DNA of 24,337 nucleotides, from positions 1-24,337 of the forward strand of contig QPMI01000147.1 of NCBI GenBank assembly GCA_004431415.1, in the 5' to 3' direction. The translations under genes were made by a program, and so were the position numbers. Shown here piece after piece: positions 1 through 9,554 of this stretch. Source of the stretch: Cyanophora paradoxa CCMP329. Taxonomy: Eukaryota > Plantae > Glaucophyta. Under the pieces are notes generated by a model. The model saw nothing but the letters and a program-made list of their open reading frames with translations, was not told where the DNA came from and did not search any database. The stretch's first letter is position 1, and every line of letters begins with the position of its first letter.

Positions 1-34
1 TCGCGAGCGACGGATCCGGATCCGGGGCCGGAGG

Positions 35-3000
35 ATGAGTGCGGCCTCGGATCCAGAGAGCGACTGTGATGAGCACGATTCGTCAGCATCGGATTCGGAG
101 CACGATCGCGGGGCTCGAACGTCCATGTACAGGCTCCGCACGCGCAAACGCAAGGGTACGGTATTTGAACGTGCTGAAAAACTCAATATTACAGCGCTAT
201 CGCTATATATATACCTAGCGCCCACGGATTCCGGTACCCCGGAAAATTGCGCGAAGGCCCGCGAGCGAGTAAGCCGGCGCAGTGGGGCTTCCCTAACGCG
301 GGTGCCTGTTAGCACTGCACGTGGCCGGTCCCAAAACTCGCGGCGCCGACGCCCTACGACCAGCACGGCCCGAACGCGCAAAGCAGGTCAGCCGGGCGGG
401 CAACGGCAGCCGCAGCGACACCACAGACATCTAGAAGAGCAGTTGCGCCCCTGGTGGCGCCGCGACTCGCGCCAGCTCCCGCGGTAACGTGTTTAAACGG
501 GCCGATCCCCGCCGCCTTCTCCTGCCGCTCCGAGCGCGCCCGAGAGACGCCACACCACATCTAGAGCCAACATACGCTCATTTAAGCTCCCGTCCTCGCT
601 CCGCCCGCCTTCCCGCCAACGCCTGCCACCCGCGCATGCGCGGCTCGCCTGAGCTCACGTCTACAGCGCACGACGCACAACTCGACTCGACTCCGGCAGT
701 CGGACGCGCGGCTCCGCCAACGCACCCGGCTCCGCTGCCGCCGATCATGCGGGACCCTCCCCGCGCCCGTCGCTCACGCCCTCCGCCCGCGCCCCTCCTC
801 CACGAACTTTGACGCCGGCCCCGTACTGCCACAGAGCATGCCGACGCCAGCGACCCGTGCGCGAGGCCGCCCGCGCCAGCACGACACTCAAGAACCACGG
901 GGCCGCATCCCCCCGCTCACTTGGCTCTCCGTGACGCGTGCGCGACGCTCGCAGGCCTCTGGCGGGACGCGGAGCAAACGCCCCAAGACGCGGCGGTGCG
1001 CCCCGCTCCCCCGCCCCGCTGCGACGCCGCCTCTGCTGGCGCCGCTGGCGCCGGCATGCAAGCCGACGACCCCCACGCATACCCGGGCGCATGAGCACTC
1101 AAACGCTCGCCCAGCTACCACCGCGGGGTCTGAGCCAGACGGCGCTCGCCTGCCTCAGGGCCCGGCCTCGCCGGGACCCGCCCTCGTGGGGTCCGAGCCG
1201 GATGACGCTCGCCCACTATCGGACCCGGAATCCCCGGGCTCCGTCGAAGTCTTCCCAGTCGTCCCCGGCGGTCGCTGCCAGGCCCCGCGCCGCCCGCCCC
1301 TCATGCCCGCCGGTCCCGAGTCCCTCTCCCACGAGACGACTGGTCCCCTTGACACCCCCCTCGATGCAAGCCTCCTATACGGTCGGCGAGCTTGGGGGGC
1401 GCCTGCGATATCGATATACACACGAATAAGTCGGCCCCCGTCTGCTCTGGGACGTCCTTGGCCCCCTAGGGGAGCAATTCGAAAGCTTTTAACTGCACGA
1501 GGGAGCTGGGCACCCTCCTCACGCTCGAGCTAGAACTTGCATGCCAGTGCACAGGCCTGAAGCATCCATTATGCAAATTTCTAAACAAGGGAACCAGGAC
1601 AGCCGGCCCATATATATATACTCCATGCGCGCAAGCGCATCGCTAGGCCCTTGCAATTGAGCTCATGATCATATGCATAAGCATATGTAGAAGCTGTATA
1701 CCAACGAGGAGGCCGCCAAGATCGCAGCCGCAGCCAAGCTAAATTAAGTCCCGCCAGCGCGCGGCCGAGCGCCTCGGGCCCGACGCGCGCAAGAAGAACA
1801 AGGGCGGCGCCGCCGCCCCCGCCGCCCCGGCTGCCCCCGCGCCCCACCCCGCCGCCGCCGCTGCCGCGGCAGCCGCCGCCGCCGCCCCCGCGCCAATCGC
1901 CGCCCCCGCGCCCGCCCCGGGCCCGGCCCCCGCCCCCGGCCCCGCCCCGGCCAACGTCACGCTCTCCAACTACCAGGCCACCCAGAAGCTCCTCACCGAG
2001 CTCACAGCGGCCATCGGCGGCCCCGCCGCCGTAGAGGCCTACCTCGCCGGCCGCCGCGCCGCGGCGGCGGACAACGCAGCGGCGTAGACTCTCTAGGACC
2101 CTCCTAGAGTTGGGGCCCCCGGCCACCCCTTTCTTTCTTTCTTTCCTTTAGTCATTTCTTCTTACCTGAGCGGCCTCAAGGCCTTGCTCCCCTCACGGGC
2201 GAGACTCACAGCTGTCCTGTATGCTCTGTGAAGCAATGCCAGGCGCGCGCTCACGACCCCCGATCAGGCCACCCCCGCCACTCGCCCCGCACCTTAGCCC
2301 CGGCCCAGCTGGGCCCCCACCTAGCCTGTGCTCACCCCTCCCCTACGTACCTCGCCCCATCCCGGCTCCCCGGGACACCCGCCCCGCGCCCCTCACGCCC
2401 AAAGATAGGGGGATGTGCAACCGCCCTAGGCCTGTACTACCCCCCACCCCACCCCACCCCCCCACCCCCCCTACCGACTACGTACCGCCAACGCGAGCCC
2501 AAGAAGGACACCCCGCCCAAGCTCTCCCCCAAGGCCACACTGAACGCTTAGAGTTAGCGTCGAAGCGCCTATCCCTGTGTACCGGCCACAGGTCATGAGC
2601 TGACCCAGAGTTCGGCCCAGTCCGAACCGGTAGTGCATACGTTGAAGTTAGCTAACTGAAAATAACATCATCGCCCAAGAATTGGGCTATCCTGAAAAAC
2701 AAAATACCTAGCGCCCACTGGTTTCAATTAATTTGCAGCTGCAGGAACTTCAGCTGGCCTTGGAGGCCCCGCGGTTGCAAGCCGCGGGGATCCGCAGCCA
2801 GCTGCAGACGCCGATGATGCAAACTCGAGCTCGCAATTATACGCCCAGGTACCGTCTTAAGCTTGAAATCAAACGCGGGAACCGTCTTCAAATATTTAGA
2901 GCAGGCTCGAGCGGGACTGAAGGAGTGGCTGGGCGCGGAGGGCGAACAATTCGAAGGCGGCGAACAACGGCCCGCAGCAGATCCAAAGGCGCCGACGTCG

Positions 3001-4095
3001 ACGTCTGACATCGCGAGGTGCGCATGCCTCGCGATCGATCGCGCCCTCGGCTCGAGGAGCAATCACGTGCACCGAATTCAAAGCGTTCCACTGCTTAATT
3101 ATGCGCCGAACGCAGATCTGGAGATGCGAACAAGAAGAAGAAGAAGAGCAGGCAGTGGGGGCCCGCGGACGACGAGCGGCTCCGGAAAGAGCACGCCGAG
3201 CACAGCGCTGCCCCCGATGTCTGGAAGGTGCGCGCGTGTGCACTCGACGACGTCGACGTCGACAACTTATAATTAATTAGCGTTGACATTTATGTACATA
3301 TACCTAAGCGTACTCATGATCAGACGATTGCGGCGAACCTTGGGGGACACTGGGACAGGGCGTGTGTACGAAACCGCTGGATCAATTACGCCGTGCGCGC
3401 TTTATCGTTCTACATCACTTCTATATATATCTGAATTGCAAAGCATTCACACTATTTTACTGGCTTGAGTTTTGAATGCTTGCTGGCAGAGGCCGGTCTG
3501 CGTGCGGGCCCTGGACAAATGCCGAGGTGAAGCTGCTCGTAGCTCTGCGACGCCTATTTCGGGAATCAGTGGACGGTCATCGGCTTCTGCCTCAGTAAAG
3601 CGATTGATCATGATTATGCTCATCAAGATCATGGTCATCTGAAAACAAAGGCTCACGGAAATCTCACGCGCACCGTCGATGCCCAGATCGCGGTCCGAAG
3701 CATGTCGCTCGCAAGATCGAAAAGATCGACGAGGGGCTCATCGGCGAGGACGACGGTGTGGACGGAAGCGATTGCGGGTGGGAGGAGGGCGAGGGCGAAG
3801 GCGGAGACAGCGACGAGGACACCGGGAGCGACGGAGCGACGGCGACGGCGGCGGCGTCGGCGGTGGCGGCGGCGGCGGCGGGAGTGCCAAGCCCCCCAAC
3901 CTTCTGCCGCACTCCTTCCTGCAGCTCTTCCGCGACGCCGGCATCGATCCTCCAGCAAGCGCCGCAGCGACCGGCCAGCTCATGCACGGATCCGGATCCG
4001 GATCCGTAGCGGCCCGGGATTCAAGAATTTGAAGACGGGGTGAGCTCGAGCAATTGATGCGCAGGCGCAACAGGGGCGCTGTATATCAGCTCTGA
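35..4095 (+). CDS. Multi-exon Myb/SANT-domain transcription factor with two tandem repeats (R2R3-like); 5' end probably outside the window
   Basis: Phase-consistent exons ..155, 2739-2848, 2905-3017, 3116-3227, 3324-3392, 3490-3594, 3651-4095, all GT-AG. Spliced translation: KKKKKSRQWGPADDERLRKEHAEHSAAPDVWK|TIAANLGGHWDRACVRNRWINYA|RPGLRAGPWTNAEVKLLVALRRYFGNQWTVIGFCL|..., followed by an acidic/Gly tail. This matches the Myb pattern W-x-x-E-E-D..W..IA..L..CR.RW.NYLRP...GPWT.EE..LI.L...GN.W..I. Indels in the last two exons are resolved using the second copy. Confidence 0.88.
838..2087 (+). pseudogene. Decayed intronless ORF inside the insertion (Pro/Ser/Ala-rich, unknown function)
   Basis: ORF 838-1533 carries a 21-aa repeat with synonymous changes. 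Downstream frame-shifted segments read like protein (PRLLWDVLGPLGEQFESF; NCTRELGTLLTLELELACQCTGLKHP; KLYTNEEAAKIAAAAK; KSRQRAAERLGPDARKKNKGG-(PA)n-NVTLSNYQATQKLLTELTAAIGGPAAVEAYLAGRRAAAADNAAA*), with strong GC3 in the last part and TAG at 2085-2087. Confidence 0.55.
1126..1251 (+). repeat. 63-bp (21-aa) degenerate tandem repeat x2
   Basis: GSEPDGARLPQGPASPGPALV / GSEPDDARPLSDPESPGSVEV; units start at 1126 and 1189. Confidence 0.75.
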
Positions 4096-4288
4096 ACGCT
4101 AAAAATGAATATTGCCGCAGTCGCGCAGGGCCCCGAGCTCCTGCTCGGCTTCAGGAGCTCGCGCGCCCACAGCGCCGGCGCCTGCGCCCGCTGGCATGCG
4201 CACCCGGCAGGTCTGCACCTTCACCGCGAAAACGCTTTGCCTTCGATTAAAACTATATATTCGTGTTCGGATTTCGCAGCGGGGATTG

Positions 4289-6608
4289 ATGTCCATGTCC
4301 GCCGGCGCCGGCTCGGACTCGGCCCTGCCGCAGCAAAGCGGCCGCGCGACCGAGTTCGACTTCGACGGTACGGACATTGATGAAGCACGCATACGCTCGC
4401 CAGCAGTGCGAAGCCTCTAATTATAAGTCATCAATTGCAAAGGACTGCAGACAAGTATTATATTGACGAAAATTGACGCCACCGCAGAGTCTCGCGCGAA
4501 ACTCCAGCGTACAGCGGACAGCATGCGGACGAATACTTCAAATTCTAAGCACCAGTGACAGCATGCGCTGCAGCTGGGGACCCGGAACCACCACGCGGGA
4601 GGCGGCCAAGGCCCCCGGCACGGCGGAAGCGCCCGGCGCGCCTGCGAGCCAGCCCCCTCGCCCCCCGTCGCCCCTCCGGCGCCCTGCGCCCGGCGCTCGG
4701 CATGGCCAGCCGCATGCGCAGCAGCAGCATGCATACACTCGGTGCGCCTAATTATAAATCGGCCTCGATCTTCGCCTCGAGCTCGACGTCGCTCGCTTGC
4801 ACATGTACATGCGCGCCCCGCGTACGCGTGCCGTCGACCGCGCGCTTGCAGCTCTGAGCGGGAGAGCCACTACTGCGACTTCGAATCCGGCTCGAGCTCG
4901 GCCCGCAGGTGGTTTTGCTTTGTTCTGATTTCCGCTTACTTCTAAACTCCTCATAACTTTATACTCCACAGACTGTGGCTCGCGACCGCGCCGGCAGCAG
5001 CAGCAGCAGTATGCGTATGCTCAGTGCGCCTGCACAGGACTAGAGCTCGGCCTCGAGCTCGGCGTTGCTCGCTTTCCCTTCTGCGCCCCGTCTGATCACG
5101 CGCTTTGCAGCTCGGCGCGAGAACTACGTACACTACGAAGCCGACGGCGCGCCGGATCCAGCTCGAGCTCGGCCCGCGGCCGCATGCGCAGGTGTGCTTC
5201 GCCCGGCCCTGTTTCAGTTCCCCCTTAAGCTTCCTAGCTATAGCTGCAAATGCGCGTTTAAGCCTTTGACCTTAATCATTAAGCTTTTCGCTTCCGCTTT
5301 CTGGTCTCACGGTGTCGCTCATTAATATAAACATTCCGGCACCAGCTTCAGACTGGAGCGCCAGTCCCTTCGGCGCGGCAATTCTCCGCGAAAATCGACA
5401 TCCGCCGCGAGTTCGAAGGACCGCGGCCCCCGGCTGCTGTGCCTCCGTCATGGCCATGCAAGCCGAGCTAGTCGTCCATGCCAAGCACAGGTGTTATGGA
5501 TTATATTACTTATCGTTGTTCTTGATTTTACAAGCTCTTGACTTCTTCCGTAATGCATACAGACCCCGCAGATACCTCAGACTGCACACGCAAAGCACCA
5601 TTCGCCAGGGAATGCATCCGAGCAGACACAGGTATTCAACGTTCCGAGTTCGCTTTCTGAATTCCGCATGCGCAGCCTTCTGACGATTGGTTCGGTCGCC
5701 GGGGAGCGCAGATGCAGGGCGAAACTCGAAATGTCATTGAGCTTTCTTCCGACGACGAAGCCAGCACGACGCCAGCCCCGCGCACGCCATTGCAATGCCC
5801 AACGTAACTTTGAACAGCCACAAATTCAGTCCGGGTGCGAGGATATCGATATAATTAGCGTTCGACAATCAAGTCCTCAGTCCAGTCTGGCTCTGACTAG
5901 GCGCCGTACCGACGTTTTTCGCAGACTGGGTAAGCGAGAGCCCGCGACGATTGGGAGGGCGCGCGGGCGCCAGCTGCAGCCCCGCGGCCGGCGACGGCAT
6001 CTGCATCAACAGGAGGGCCGGGGCCCTGCAGCTGCAGCCCCGGCCTCCGAGGCTCGCAGAAGCAGACGCGGGCGCGCCCACGGCCAGCGGGCCCCGCGTT
6101 CCAGCGGGTGCCCGTGGAGGGGTGGTGCCCGGGCGACGTGCGCGAGTTCCTCGTGTCCACGTGCGGCCTGCGCCCGGATGCGTGCAACGCCCCCGACGCC
6201 TCAATTCAGCTTTAATATCAGCTTGACTTACGCCTGCTGCCTAAGAAGCCTGCTGCCTTAAGCTTGCTGTTTATTTGACTTAAGCTTGCTGGCTTCATTA
6301 TAAGCTTGATTTCGGCTTGAAGTAGAATCGTCTATCGTTCAGCTCGAATTAAATTCATCTGGTCCATATTTCAGCTTGACTTCAGTTTGACTTGATTCGT
6401 CTGTTATTCAGCTGACTTGACGGCAGGACCGCGGAGGCGTTCCGGCAGATCGACGGGAGGAGTTCGCGGCGCTCGCAGGGGGCCGGGCGGCTCCGGGGCC
6501 AGATGAGCGGCTGCTCGAGCAGACGGCGGAGTTCGCGGCACCGGCGGCTCGGAGACCGACCGGACCGCCCATGCCTTGAAAATCCTCGTCGCCCTCGCCG
6601 CGCTGTAG
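4289..6608 (+). CDS. Multi-exon protein with SIM-like motif and C-terminal SAM-like domain; 5' exons uncertain
   Basis: The last two exons splice (copy 2 donor GA|GTGCGT at 20196, acceptor GCAG| at 20449; copy 1 acceptor at 6426) to VEGWCPGDVREFLVSTCGLRPE|TAEAFRQIDGREFAAL...MERLLEQ...AHALKILVALAAL*, matching the SAM pattern V..W...DV..FL...GL...A..F..IDG..L..L...KIL.AL. Upstream motifs: NVIELSSDDE, IKQE and KRPRDEFDF. Confidence 0.68.
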
Positions 6609-6886
6609 GACCACACCGCGCGGAGCAGAGTGGCTGAGCAGCTCGAGCAAGCACGGGCCTGGCCCCCGGCTAGCTGGCTTGCCTATCGCTGCGGCTGCAC
6701 CCTCTTGACGCTGTGTACTCCGCTCCGTTTCGTCACTGTGTACATGTTTCTCATTATTCAAGATTCGTACTAGCACGTGCACGGTACCGATCCGCGACCG
6801 GGGGCGCCCCGACGTTCGTTGTGTTCATCGCTGTGTACAACGGAGTTTCTCATATTTATTATAATTTTGCAGGCGGGGCGATATAG

Positions 6887-9453
6887 CTAGCTGTAGGTGC
6901 CCGAGCGCGGCCAGCCGCCGCCGTGGAAGGACTGGGCCCGGGCGGAGCGCCCCCGCCCCCGCGCGCCGGGCCCGAGACCAGAATGAGGGACGAGAAATCG
7001 GTGGAGGGGGGTACGGGGTCGCCGGGACGGAGGGGTACCGCTTGCCGCTGGAGGGACGGGGGGGGCGGCGCTGGGGTTGGGCACGGCAGCAGAGGCGGCA
7101 GATCCTGAGTAGGGTACCACTAACGCGCGGGCCGCTGCGTTCGCCTGCACCGAAAGGTCAGCCGAGAGGGGTACGTGAATTTCGCGACGGCGGCACTCGC
7201 TCACCTGTGCTCGAAGCGTCGCGTGTTCCCGCTTCTCCAGGTCGACCCACGTGGCGCCGCCGGCTGCTGCGCGGCGCCGCCCGTCGCAGCCGCCGCCAGG
7301 GTACGGTGCCGGACCGGGGGCGAAGTCGGAGTGAGGGCCCCCTGGCCACCTGGCCGGCGCCCCCAGTACCTAGCTTCTTCCCCCCGGAGGAGGGGTAGTC
7401 CCGCTTGGCCCCCGGGCCCCGGGCCGGCGAGGCTCGCGCGGCGCACCATGCCGCCACCGCAGCCGCCGGCCCTGCGCCGGCGCGCATCCGCTGCAGCGAC
7501 GCCGCCGCGGCGCTGCCGGTGCCCGCCGGTAGGTCCGAGGGGGTACGGCTGCGACGAGGGCCCCGCGTAGTGGTACATGGCCGAGGCGGCGGAGGCCGCG
7601 CCGCACCGGGCCAGAGGCTGTACCCTTTCAAGGCTTTGCTGGGGCGGGGGCGCGCGCGGGGGCGGGCGGAGGAGGAGGAAGACGCGGCGGGGCGGGGGCA
7701 GGGGGCGGGGAGGGGCGAGAGGGCCGGGCGGGGCGGGGGCGGGCGCGGGGCCTTGATGGATTCCGCGGCAGCGCGAGGCGGCCGCGGTGGCGAGGGGTTG
7801 GCGGGGAGGGTAGAGGAATGTGAGGCGGGGAGGAAGAGACGGCCCGGAGTGCCCCAGGCCGCCACGGAGGCCCCGCCGCCACGCCGCGTTTGCCTGCGGG
7901 GAGGGGGGTACGTGAGACGGAAGGGAGGATAACGGTGTACCCCCGGACCTGCTGGACGGCGGCGTGGTGCGCGGCGGCGGACAGGAGCTGCGACTGGAGC
8001 TGCTGGTTCTGCAGCAGTAGCTGCGAAAAGGGGGAATGAGCTCGAGCGTGTGGGGGTACGGCGCGCTCCGGAGGGGGTACGGGTACTGCAGCTGTACTGG
8101 AGGTACTGCTCGAAGGAGAGGGAGGTGGCGAACGCCCAGAGCCGGAACCTGCGCCGGCTCCTCCCGGGGCCCCGGGTACGCGGCGCGGCGGGGGCGGCGG
8201 AGGCTCGGCGGAGAGCGCGTAGAACTGCAGCATTTGGCTGGCGGCTTTGGCCACCTCAGGAGTAGGATCTGTACTGCGGTGTTCCTGAATTACGAGGGAT
8301 CACGGGGAAAAAAAGCTGGCGGCTTGTAGGACCTGTCGTAGATCCCGCGCGCCGAAGGTCAGCCGGCAGCCAAGGGCGAAGCCAAAGCTCTTCTTAGCGC
8401 TTCTCAGCACGCGTCGAGTGAGATTGCTTCTTCTTCTTCTTCGAGCGGCCGTTCTTCTTATAAGATTAGCATTCGTCAGCTCGATCGCGAACCGTTCTTT
8501 AATTAGCTTATCAGCTTTTTATGCGCCACCTTGCAATTGGGCTTCCTATAATCTCTTCGAATTCTTCGCACCTGCTTCAGGTACGTCTGCTCGCGGAGCT
8601 GGGCGCGCTTCACCAGGTTCTGGGGCGGGCCCCGCGCCTTTGTCTTCGGCTTGGGCGCCCCCGCCCCCGCCGCCGCCCCCTGCGGCTGCGCGGGTGGGGT
8701 CGGATCGGATAGGTGATAAGAAGAAGGCGAGTGATCGAGCCCGATTGCTCCTATGTTGCATCTTTGTTCGAACGGGAAGGGGCGTGTGTACGATTATTAG
8801 GCCGATCCCGATTATTACTATGTTGTATCTTTATTGGATGTTTGTGCTTTGGAACGATCTATCGGCTGTCTCGCGCGCACGTCTCTATCTTCAACGCGCA
8901 AGGGCGCGACCGAACGACCGAGCACGATTGCTACTATGTTGTATCTTATTCGAACGGGAAGGGGCGTAGGGGTACGTGCGTACCTGGGCGTACGGGCTGT
9001 CCTTCCGAGCGTGCTCCGCACCGGCCCGCCGCCGCCGGCGCCGCGCCCCACGCCGGCTTGCTGCAGCTGCCCGCCCGTCCCGGCGGCCTGGAGCGGCCCG
9101 CCCCCGCCCCGCCGACCCCGATCCGTCCGCCGCATCTTCGCCCTCTGCTCCGCCAGCCTCCGCCTCTCCAGGCTCGCCTGGGTACCCAGTTGAACAAGCT
9201 CCGAAAATGTCCTGGGCGGATATCGATTGCGCAGGAGGTTGCAATTGGAGCTGGCTCCAGGAGCTTCTCGTACCGCTCCGCGGCGCCCGGGGCGGGGTAC
9301 ACGCGCGCCCGGATTCCGTACCCGGGAGGGTAAGACGAGGATGTCTGGATCAGCCCAACCAGGCGCTTCGGGCATAAGCGACCTCCGGAGAACTCTCCGG
9401 AGAACTCCTGGCATAAGCGACCTCCAGGCATAAGCTGGCTGCGGCCCGTCCAT
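6887..9453 (-). CDS. Multi-exon hypothetical Pro/Ala/Gln/Gly-rich protein; exon boundaries only partly resolved
   Basis: Minus-strand GT-AG boundaries follow ..KDSPYAQ|gtacgc, ..QNLVKRAQLREQTYLKQ|gtgcga and ..TWVDLEKREHATLRAQ|gtgagc. Coding-like blocks include EVAKAASQMLQFYALSAEPPP and QLLLQNQQLQSQLLSAAAHHAAVQQ. No domain recognised. Confidence 0.5.
8742..8968. repeat. Imperfect dispersed intronic repeat (2 long copies, 1 short copy)
   Basis: CGATTGCT(C/A)CTATGTTG(C/T)ATCTT..TTCGAACGGGAAGGGGCGT at ~8742 and ~8925; partial CGATTATTACTATGTTGTATCTTT at ~8809. Confidence 0.75.
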
Positions 9454-9554
9454 GGCGCCGCCGGCGCCGCTGTCGCTCAGCGTGACCAGCGCGACTCAGT
9501 GAGGTAGGCGGCTGGCGCGCCGATCGCGAGCGGCGGCGCGAAATGGGCGTCAAC

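Larger units (their letters stand above)
226..2703 (+). mobile_element. Intronic non-autonomous non-LTR-type retro-insertion (or retrocopy), 2478 bp, with 15-bp TSD
   Basis: ATACCTAGCGCCCAC occurs at 211-225 and 2704-2718. The A-rich end AAAAACAAA (2695-2703) abuts the second copy. Removing the insert restores a ~90 bp intron like its neighbours. No TIR/LTR and no RT motif seen. Confidence 0.8.

Noticed and set aside
226-1233. HDV-like ribozyme at the insertion's 5' G (GGATTCCGG complementary to CCGGAATCC at ~1225)
   Set aside because: The partner strand is 1 kb away, and no P3/L3, P1.1 or J4/2 motif can be built around it.
2673-2711. Helitron 3' end (hairpin plus CTAG)
   Set aside because: The CTAG lies inside the 15-bp TSD and is not followed by T; Helitrons do not make TSDs.
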